NCBI GenBank assembly: GCA_964658305.1
Contig: OZ210884.1
Location: 1,116,001 to 1,180,000, forward strand
DNA from: Leptogorgia sarmentosa
Lineage: Eukaryota
Length of the DNA stretch: 64,000 nt
Direction of reading: 5' to 3'
This document shows, piece by piece, positions 30,401-42,400 of the stretch (position 1 is the stretch's first letter; every line of letters begins with the position of its first letter). A model generated the notes under the pieces. That model had not been told where the DNA came from, made no database searches, and saw only the letters and a program-made list of their open reading frames with translations. Both the position numbers and the translations under genes were made by a program.

Positions 30401-33400
30401 ATGCAAATATCGGCGATATCGGTCACTGGTAATTATGACGTAGCCTATATTTGATGACACACTTTGATAAACACTGCTATCATAATGATGTCATAATATA
30501 TATTTCAGGAATGCGCGTATTACTAACCTATGTAGCGTCATGGGAATTAGTCACTTCCACGATCCAGATCCCACATACGAACTCACCACAGATAATGTTG
30601 AAAAAATCTTGGCAATTCACATGCGATTCAGGTTGGTTTTATTATTTTACCCTGAATCATTGCACGTTTACGTGGCCTAACAGTGGAATTTTCTAACGAC
30701 CCCAAGCATTAATCCCCGACTGCGCTGCTTTCAGCGCAAACCTGGGGCAAGTAATATACTAATTCCGCACGGCTATTTACGCTTTATTCCAAGAGAGCGT
30801 ATTGTACTTCATACGAGTTGACTGAAATTAACTCGCCGCTCGATTTCGGAGGATTTGTAGCATTCGTTTCAAAGTTGTGCCACATTTCGCCAAACCAAAA
30901 ATGTGGTTGGATTGAAGCTTGGTAGTGATACGAAACATTTCCAATTCATACAAATGCTGTAACTCGCCGTTACATGCCAGTTCCCTTTGAGACATTTTTG
31001 CTCACATTCTCGATTTGCTCCTCCTAACATAAATTTTGGGCAAATATAACGCCTAAGGTTTTCTTTCAGTTTACTAGTTAATTATTTTGCCATCAATGGA
31101 CACAGTGGTGTATTGCAAAGATCTACTTGATCTTTGGTGGGTTCCAATCACCATACGCACTATTTTTTTATGTTTAATGTTAATTTGTTTGAGACTCCAA
31201 ATTATAAGGCTATCAGAACCAGCAGTTGTCATTGTGTCATTCGCATAGATTGAGGCATGAGAATTTCCCAGACAGTTTGAGAGATCATCAACATTTAACA
31301 GAAATAAGAGGGGCTAAGGTTGGATTCCTGTGGAAGCCCGCAGTATAGTTTTTGACGATGCACTACTCAACTTGCACTATTGTGCCTTAACAACCAAATA
31401 TGGTTTAAAAAAAGCGCCTTTTCTTGAATCGCGTATATAGACAGTTTGCTAAGAGAGATATCAAGATCGACTCTTTCAAATGCTTTTCACAAAACAAGAA
31501 AGAGTACCTTATTAATCTTACCATGCAGCATCCATATTCGATAGCCATGAATCAGTAGCTATGAACCTGATGTGCTGGCGCACTTTTCTCTGCGAAAACC
31601 AGTGCAGACTGACGTAAATTCAGAATCAGAATACTGAGTTGCTCACAAACTTGTTTCTCAGATAGTTTTGCTAGTCAGGGCTTTGTTGCAAAAAAATGCT
31701 TCGAGATGGCATATAGGTTACGTCAATATTCTATTTTTATGCTTCATTCAGGTGCGGCATACCAGTGATTATCATGGGAGAAACGGGATGTGGCAAGACT
31801 CGTCTCATAAGATTCATGTGTGAACTCCAAGCTGGACAAGATGGACCGAAAAATTTGCTACTTATGAAGGTTGGCCGTTTCTTTGCCCCCTAATAGTTCT
31901 TGCAAATTTTACACTTGGTGTTGACAAAAAGAAACTCGTTGTTGCCAGTTGATCACTCACTGGCCATTTAAAATGTCAAAATTATAGTTTCAATAATAGA
32001 AATTTGTGTTTTTTACAAATTATTTAGTATACAAATAATGAATGTTTATGAGTGCAATGGTAATAATATTTTCATGAGGTGAAAGATGCAATGTTCTATT
32101 CAACGAGGCGAAGCCGAGTTGAATGGAACATTCCATCTTTCACCAAATGAAAATATTCTTTCCATTGCACGAAATAAACATTCATTATTTGTTTTATATG
32201 ACACCGAAATAACGTTTTGGTATTTGAAATACCCGCCATTTTGTTTTGTTAGTTTACTAAATAAAATTCCATCGCTCACATGGTCGCGCCACGTTCATGG
32301 ATTTGCCATTAAATGCGTGCGATAATAACATTTTGAGTGATTGAAAATAATTAAAACCACCGTGCAATGGAAAGAAATATTTGCACGGTTCCATTGCACG
32401 ATCATGAAAATGGAATTTCTATTTTATATCACGTGATCGTAAATAACCAATTAAATCGCGTTAATTTAACAAAGTGTTATATAATAAACGTTAACTACTC
32501 CATATACCATTTACAGAGTAAAATAATATGAAAACCATAGAAGATATTATAGTGATTTTAGGTCATTTGATCCAAGACAAAAAAAGCATTGCATGTTGAA
32601 AATACCCAAAATATTTCTGGACTGTTTTATCGTTAAAAGTAGGATTCGCAAAATTCACCTAAATATTCCACTTGAGCCAAAATAGTTGATTCCAAGCAAA
32701 CTTGTTTTTGCTTCTGCAATTTGTAAGTAAGGTAGCGATTTGCCCAATATGACTGCAGTAAATACAATGTCTATATAACACGTCTGCAAGTGATGAACAA
32801 CTTGTGAAATAAACCAGTTTATAAAGACACTTAGTTATTACAAGCACACGTTGTTTTACCAAAGCGTTGGACATGTTTGTAACGAATTACCGTTTTCAGA
32901 CCTGATTTTATTTTTGCGAGATCGACTGTTCAAAAAAGGTTGCTGCATCCCAAAGCATCACTGATTAGGAACAAACGTCTGACGATTTTTAAACTGTGTT
33001 TAGTTTTTATTCTGCACCACCTGTTATGTATTTGAATGACCAGATCAATAATTTGTGTTGTATAGGTACATGGCGGGACAAGTTATGCAGAAATTGAAAA
33101 GAAAGTACAAGACGCGGAAAAATTGGCTTCCTGTAATGAGAAAATTAACGTTGATACAGTATTGTTCTTTGACGAAGCCAATACAACTGACGCGATTGAT
33201 CTTATTAAAGAAATCATGGTGGATCGACGAGTCAACGGAAGAGCTATCAACCCTGAACTGACAAGATTGCATTTTATAGCTGCTTGTAATCCATACCGAA
33301 AGTGAGTTGAAATAAGAATGAAGTTTGTCCCATCTGCTAAATGAATACTTCGAAAAATTTCAGTTTTTTTATGAATGGAGTTAATTCCGAAACGTCACAT

Positions 33401-36400
33401 CAATGAATTGAATGATTAATGAAGTGTTCTTGGTAGTTGAGGAGAAGGAAAAAATACGTTAATAATCACGATGGCGAGCATTGGGTCAAATGCATGCAAT
33501 TGGGGAATACATGAATACGTGGGGAAATTATATACAGGGGGTGGACAAAAAAAAGTGGCCCCCAGAACAATTCGGTTTATAAGAGGCAAGCTCCACAACC
33601 TTGCAGATTTAAAGAAATAAACTTAGATGAACAATAAACTAAGATGAACAATAAAAATTAACATTTTGCTCAGGTCGTACTCAAACCAAACGGGGTCTGC
33701 ATTCCCGATTACTTGAGAGAGATATTTTTCAGTAAAAACTGAATTTTTATCGAGGGCCACTTTTTTTTATCCTCCCCCTGTAGGCATAAAAAATCGCAAA
33801 ATTTACATACGGTTTGTAAGGAGAAAGTGATTTAATGTCCTTTTCCGTCTGAAATGGGCATAATTTAGGTTGCGCTAAATACAAAAATATACAAAATGAG
33901 CAAATTTTGCCTGGCTATATTATTCTTACTCTAAAGTATATTTCTTCTTTTTAAACACACTGTTTCCAACTGTGGCGATAGGTTTTTTGGGTTTTTTTAC
34001 GATCGCTAAATTTGTCCATCCCAAATACTATAGGTTAAACGTTTCTTGCTAATGCATGTCTGTTTATATTTCAAAACATTTTGACACGAAGCCAATAATT
34101 TTTGACGGTTGTTTCAGGCACACGGATGAGATGATTAAAAAACTGGAATCTGCCGGACTGGGATATCATGTGTCAGCTGATGAAACCATGGATAAGTTAG
34201 GTAATACATTGCATATTATCAATAGTTTGTAAGCAAATTAATATTGAAAAGAAATCATGCATGCTAATTCGTCACGTACTCTTACTCAACTTGTCATGTA
34301 ATTAGTGCTATATAATAGATATCACATTTATGTACATTTTCTCCTATCGTGTATCTTTATTTTCACGTGGTGTGACACTAATTTATACTTTGCTTTCCAG
34401 GTTCAATTCCACTCCGACAACTTGTGTACCGTGTCCACCCATTGCCAGAGAGTATGAGACCGCTGGTTTGGGACTTTGGTCAACTGACAGATCACACAGA
34501 AGAACTTTATACCGCGCAAATTGTTCGAAGGTTCATGGTATCACCAGCAGCAGGTGTAAGTATTGAAAAAGCTGGATAAGTACATTCTTTTTCGCTAACA
34601 ATGTGCGCTAAGAATGAAAGCAGTTAGATTTTATAAAACTCAGAAAAACTTACGGTACCAGGATGATTTTCGTACAGACCTTCTATAGTCATGTGGCTGC
34701 TGTTCATGTGCATCATTGTTGGGCAGTATCGATAGATTAAAAATTTTAGTGGATCAATCTTTGAGAACCTGCGACTGACAAATTTGAAGCAAAATGTTCG
34801 AAATCCACCACCCAACTTCCAGGACTGTTCTGAATTTCCGCCACTGGAGCAGAATATGCCTGGATGAAGAGAGCAGTGTTCCGATCTGATGTTAACTTCA
34901 GAGATTTTTAATTAATTGCAAGACATTTGATTTTTAATATTTTGTTTTTTACTTTGTATTATTGTAAGATTTTGAAAACTTTTTATTTCGTTTGAATGCA
35001 TTCTTTTCAGAATTTTTGATAAAGTCACCTTAAGTTTACTACGCAGTCGAAAACGGAAGTAACGAGCTAAGATCATTACGAACTGTTGTGGTAAAATTGT
35101 TAATATTTTATATTTCTATTTGTTTGAAAGCCTTCAACTGTCGGACCTGCCACATATTTTCGTCGAATTTTATTATCCAAGGCTGCACGACCGTCCCGTA
35201 TTGCCGAAGCGAAATACGCGCGTAAAGAAAAGGTAATGAATTTAATTCATGAATTATAATTATTTATATTGAAAGGGTTGTGCGTTTGCCAAGAAAGTCG
35301 ATAATTCGGCGGGGGGTATTCATGTATTCGTGTTCACAGACCATGAAAACAATTGATTTCAAAATCATGGTAATGCAGAACACGAATTTATGAATATGAG
35401 CCCCCAATCACTACTTTGTTCAGAAGCAGAATAGAGCATCCTGGATAGTCTCGAACAAAACATCGGGTGGACATTTAAAAGTTCTCTTTGTCTGTGGACT
35501 TTTTTCATATACCCATGCATATAGAAAGGAAAAAGAACGAACTAAGAACATCGTTCCTATAGTAAAATTGTCAATTTTTGTTATTCTTTGAAAGCCTTCT
35601 CCTAGCAGACCAGCCATGGGACCTTTGCGTGGAACTTTAAACAATGCACAGGCGTCCTGTATTGCCAAAGTCTTGTCAGCTTCTCAGAAATACATGCGTG
35701 ATGAAAAGGTAACTCGTTGACTTGTTTAGTGGATTTGAATTGTTGGAAATGTGCTCAAAATCTGACATTTAATTTGCCATTTCTCTCAAATCAATTAAAT
35801 TATTCTATGATTATTGTCTCAACATAACTGTTTCCTATCTTGAAGTTCGAAACTATATGTGAGGTAATTGAGAATTTAAAAGGAATATGAAAATTATGAT
35901 CATCAATTCTCGTACTACCTGAATGAAGCCTTGTTTTCAACAATGAAATTTGTGTAAGATTTCAAACTTAATTTTCTCTTGGGCGTACCCTCCAAAATTC
36001 TTTTTTGTTTTGTATAATTAATTATGAATTCATTAAGCTTTTCAAATTAGTCTGCTAACTGAGAAACCTCAAAATTTGAAATGTATATTTTGACGAATTT
36101 GAGTTTTGAGCGCGAGATACGTGACATGCAGAAAATCTTCGTCTTATGTAACCTTATTTCAATAATATATAGAACTTTCTGTGTTTCACCGAATAGGGAT
36201 ATTTCTGCTATTATAGAAATGTATGGAAACATTGACTTATTTATATGATAACAAATTAAACTTGTTGAGTTACAGTAGCGATCAGGTTTCGATACACAAA
36301 CATTTGAAGCACAAAAATACAGTAGCTAGGTTTCGATTTATGTACATGCAACTGCGATATAGTCATATTAAATTTTCATTTCACAATCTGACCATGTTTC

Positions 36401-39400
36401 GATCGAAGGTAGAGCTTATAGCATGCATACGTAGTATATCGCACGCTGTGAAATCGAATAACCAGCATGCCCCCATGCTAAATCCATGGCATAAATATTT
36501 AATTTCGGCAAACTGGTATAAAAACATGTGAGGATTCTTTGCTATTTCGGTTGTTGTAAAATGAGTACAGAGAATCCAATGGAACAGCATGCAACACAGT
36601 CCAGTGAAGTGTTGAAAAATTTTTTGTTTCTTTCTCAGAATGAATGCAGTTTTGTGAGCTTGCGTGATGTCGAACGAGCGATGAAAGTTATCATGTGGTT
36701 TTATTCCAACTCCAAATTGATTGACGAAGTTATTAGAAACGAAGACAGCAGTAGAGATGAAGACAGTTGCAGAGGGATCAGCCGTGAAGACAGTTTTGAA
36801 ACGACCAGTGATGATGAATACGATTTCAAAGCGATCAGTGAAGACAAAAACGACGATAGCGATGACGAACTTTGCCTAATGGAACAAGTTAGGACTTTAA
36901 AAATTCTTCTTTTAACTGTTATGTTGTTGCACAATTTAGGGAAAAACAGATCATTTTCCTCATTGTGGTAGGAAGTTTGCCTGATGGACGATTCATACAA
37001 TGGTTAACTTTTAATGTAGGCATATCCAACAAAACAAAATCCACACTACGTGCTAGATAGCGCATTTCAAAATTAGTAAAATTACAAAGTTTGGTTGCAG
37101 AATGATGTGTAAATTGCAGAAAAATGTAGCCATGTGAAGTATCCAAAACTTGTATCAGAAAGTTCCAACCATTATCAAAAGTGGTAATTTGTTTCCGCAC
37201 GTAATAATTTATAAAGCATTTGAAAACTTATCACGGCTATATTTTACCAAATGCCACGACATTTCGCCACAAGAGACTTTTTCATTTCGTTCTTGACTAG
37301 ATCAAAATTTTGTCAATAGCTAATTGACAATCTTATTTCTCTTTTAGCGTTTAAGTCAAATTGCCCGCGCTGTTATTCTCGGCATTGGCGTTTGTTATTA
37401 TGCGAGATTAAATGACAGAGAATCCTACTGCGAATACATCTCCGCATATTTTGACCAATCATGTCCATTACCTGGAGGTTCACTTTGGATGAAAGAAGAA
37501 ATTGTAAAGTGAGTTTATTCGTTTTGTGATGTTGATTTGTATTTAATATTTGCGGAAGGTGTAATGATTGAGTAAAGTATAAACCATACGTTCGAATAAA
37601 ATGTCCATCGTACTCAATTTTTACACCAAATTTAAATTTACACTATTGTAATGAGGGGGGAATTCAATCAAGTGAGCGATAACTTGGAGCCTATATTAAT
37701 AGAGAGAGATAGAGACAGAGTGAAGAATTAGGGGGGGAGGGAGGTGCGAATTTTGCCTGTTACATTTTGCCTGTTATTTTTCTTGCAACTTGCAACGCAA
37801 TTCTGCTTTCAAGACATGTAAATTAGTGAAGACTGTTTGATTTGTAAAGACTTAATTAGGAAAATCTAATGAAGACTCGTACTTGCTAACGTGCAACAGG
37901 GCCTTGACCAAAAACGACACAATCGCCCATTGGCACTGACCAAAAAAATACTGAACATACCTTCGATCATGCAACAAGTTTCGACTTTACACTTCATTAA
38001 ACATTTACAGAATTTTTCTCAAGGTTTAACTGGTCTTAGTAACGAGCGGAAAGTATAGACACGTTGACTTTAAACTGGAAAAAATTGAATTCGACTCTGA
38101 ATTCCTGATAGATGTGAATGAGTGGATTGCTGGATGCATGTTTCCTAACCTAAACATTCCAAACTGGTTCCATCGCTATAGAAATTGCAGCGGAAGTTGC
38201 AAGGGAAAACGGGCCTTGATGATTCCCTGTGATTGATATGCGTCGTATACACCCATGAGATCTTTAGGCAACTTCTTTCAAATTCTAGATGTCAGCGTGG
38301 ATTTCTGAAAGACATACAACTGGGTCAAAACATTGCCAGAAATACTGCACTCAGCGAGAATGTCTTCATGATGGCCATTTGTACAGAGCTGCGCATCCCG
38401 TTGTTTGTTGTTGGCAAACCAGGCAGTTCCAAGTCTTTGGCAAAAGATGTTATATCGACCAACATGAAAGCTGGTAACTCACGAAGTAAATTGTTCAGGA
38501 ACTTAAAACAGGTATTGATTGATTGAGAGATGTTCTTTACGTATGTCACGTGACACCCTCTCAAAATTAACATGCGCACCCCACTTAATGAAATGACTAA
38601 ATTTTACTTTCGAAACGTTACCCATATCATAAACAGAGGTGAAATTTAAATTTCTATTTAGAAAATGAAGGTAAAATGAAGACCACGATGTTTTGCACGA
38701 TAGTCAACTAGAAATAATTTTTGCTGAGCTTTTTTTATATTACTGTCTGCACTGTGCAGATAACAAGCATTATTATACATTGTAGATGGTAAAAGCAATC
38801 TGATTGGCTAAGAGCATACAGTTAAATCGCGCAATCACGCAACCTACAGGAAATCCAGTTATCTGCTAGCAGATAACTAATTATGTACAAAATGAGCCTA
38901 TGTTTTCATAAATGAAGTTTTTCACGCATTAATACTTGTTTATTATTCTTCAAATGTATAATAAAACAATTATTGGATGAGGTTTTTGTGATATGCGGAA
39001 TTATCAAGGTCTCGGTAAGCGTTATCTCGACCTTGATAATTCCGCATACTCACAAAAACCTCATCCAATAATTGTTAATTATTGAAATTAACAAATCTGA
39101 TTGTGGTGGGTGAAACAGATCGAGTCTCTCGGAAGTTAGATCCAACTAAAAGTTCTTGTTGAATTTAGAAAATGAAGTTAAAAAACAAAGCTTTTATAGA
39201 CAAAAGTCGAGGATTGCCGCATCTTTCTTCATTGGAAGGCGCATGCACTGACATAGATTAGAAGTTTTGCATATTTCATTCCTTCGTCGCTGTGAAAGTT
39301 ACCTTAACTGATATGTCGAAAAGGCAATCCGAATAAGTTTGAAAGCAAAATCCAAAGCGGAAGAAGCTGTCCTTTATGTCTTGTGTATCACTATAACCCG

Positions 39401-42400
39401 TAATCATACAGAAAAATGAATTAAATTTTGATACCCAGTATTTGGGTGTATATAGGGATCTTCTTATTGTTAGCTACAATGAATTCTACTTAAATCGTAA
39501 AAATCATACCAAATGTTTTTCTCAAAATTTTTCCAGCAATTTGATATTTGAATGATAAAATTATAGTCTTGAGGTTACTGCATACATTCCTGAATTTAAG
39601 CCTAAATTTGCTGCCAGTAAGAATTTTGCAAGGGGTGGTGGGATAAATTGTCATCAATTATTCTAAATGACACAATGGCGCATCTTGGCAAGTATAAAAC
39701 GATTTATAAAGTGATTTATATACAAAGTGGTGTTGTTTTACCAGATTCACATGCAATCATACCAGTGCAGTCCGTTATCCACACCAGAAGGCATCGTATC
39801 AACCTTCAGACAATGCGAAAAACTTCAGAAAGACAAGGACTTGAAGAAATTTGTATCTGTGGTAGTACTGGATGAAATTGGGTTGGCTGAAGATTCTCCT
39901 CTGATGCCTTTGAAGACGCTACATCCTCTGTTGGAAGATGGCACAGCTACAGCTGAAGAATCAGGGAAAACGTCCGATCATCACCGTGTTGGTTTCATTG
40001 GCTTGTCAAATTGGGCGTTAGATCCCGCTAAAATGAACCGAGGCATCATGTTGAGTAGAGGAGTGCCAGATGAAGACGAACTCACTGACAGTGCAAGGTT
40101 TGATAGCATTGTTAGCTATAGATTTTAAATTTAGAAAATGCGTGGTGAGTCGACTGAATTGAAAATCCTCGCTGTTATTAATGGTGTGAGTATATGTTCG
40201 GATTATGAAGACCAAAATTTATTATGGTTTATTTAGTATCCACGTTTATTTTCATTTTGGTGAATATTCTCGCAAAACGGCAAAAATACTCTCTGAAGCT
40301 TCAGTACGTACTGTAGGTTTGTAGAGACTAGTGTTTTTCAAATTCAAAAACACATGAAGACTCAACGTGGAGCTATTATAGTTTCCCTCGAATTTTTCCC
40401 TCGAAAGTCTCAAGTTCCGAAATGTTGCGTTGTGAGCGTCTACTATATTTTTCTCGTTGAACTTCATTAACGGCTGTTTGGTTTTGAACCAGCAGAATTA
40501 GTAACCGTCCCACCTGCTCTCCCCGGGCACATATTGCAAATGGCGATAACTACCGAATACTTCGAAGCATTGAAAAGTACATGTATAAAGTTAATAAAAT
40601 ACTTTAATTAATTTGCTTTAATAATTTATATATTTAGAGAAATTTAAAATCGCAAAACGTTCAAACAGCAGCTGTTCTTATGTTACTTGATAACCTACTG
40701 AACAAATAAAACACGACAATTTCTCTGTTCAATTTTTAGAGGAATCTGTTCTGGCAATAAAGTTATTCCAAGGGGTCTTGAAGAAATTATCCGAATGTTG
40801 TCCAAGGGGTATTGTGTCCTTTATGAGCAACAACGCGAGTCAGAAACTCTAAAAAATGCCCAGAAAGACGAATTTTTTGGACTACGTGATTTCTACAGGT
40901 GAGAATTTACCATAATAATCATAAATTATAATTAGTCTTGATGTTTTGGAATTTGGACTTGGTTTGTATGTGCAACAATGATACGTTCGAGGGGTGCTAT
41001 TCAAAAAATTATAAGTGAGTTCCTGTTTAAAAACTGTGCTGCATCATCCACCCAACAAACAATAGCTAACAAGTTTTTTGTTTATCTCTAATCACTTCAC
41101 ACTTGATAACTATTGGGTTAACGTTTTAACTGACTGAACTATATAAGATGCGGTGAATAACTAGAACTAGTATCTCCAGCCACATTTTCTGATACTGTGC
41201 CTACAAAGAGTACTCATAAAATAAGCTTATGCAATACGTATGAGCTAGGTACAGATACGTTGGAAAGCCACCTTTTGTTCATTCTCGTACCCAGGGTCTT
41301 GATTTCTTTTCTCTGCGGGGAGCGAGGATCAAGACCCTGGGTACGAGGTTGCCTTTTGTATTGCAACTCAACAAAAAAAATGCATAATATGTTTTTATCG
41401 TATTATATCTTAATAATTAGCAATTAGATCGCGGCCTCGAGATTTCTGAGATGATATTTGATGAGCGGAAGCTGATGTTGATCACGTTATTATTCCTATC
41501 GAGTAATAGATAGCGAGCGGAATAGAGATTCTACTAATGTTATGTTTATTGAGGATATCTGACCACATCACTAATGTGTTTTTCATTGAGGTCCTCCACA
41601 TATAGTCATTTTTAAATTGACATTATGTGCAATTTTAAAATACAATGTCACGTCGACATATCAACAATAATGAAACATAATAATTAGTACCTATATTTAC
41701 ATTGATACGATGATGGAGGAATGGAAGAAGTATATGACTAAGTAATAGTCATATAGGACATCAATTTAGTAGACACTTGGAGTGATATAAAAAAACAATG
41801 TTTCTAACTGAGTAATATTCGTCCAAACTGATATCTAATGTTTGTAACTGTTATCTTGTTTTGCTAACAGCTTAGTAAAGATGGTGAATGGATTTGCTGC
41901 GAAACAAGGTGGTGAAATCGGAGAGATAGAACTGGAACAGTCCATCAGAAGGAATTTCAGCGGCTTGGATGACCTTGATCCTGTTCAGATATTCAGTCAA
42001 GAGCTTCCAATGCCAAATCAATATTCAGAGGTAAAGATGTTGGGCAAGGACATGTTCTATGCTATAACGCAGTGAATTTCTCTAAGCCAAATATTAAAAG
42101 TATCAAGTAGACGGTTTAATATTTTGCTGTGTTCAGAATCCAATACATATTTTATTATGCCAAACAAAATATTTATATAACAAATTGCAATGAGATCCGT
42201 AATTTCACGAAAAAAACTCACTTTTCTGCAAAACGTATGTGCTTTTGGAATTTCTTCACATAATTCACTCAAAATGAAATTATCGCTCTTGTCTCTGTTG
42301 ATCCTTGATTTTGAAGGCATCTTTTGCAAGCTTCTATGATTTTTTAGAACGTTTCAAAACTTTCCGTAGAAGTTGCTATAATTATCTTTCGAATTCTTAT

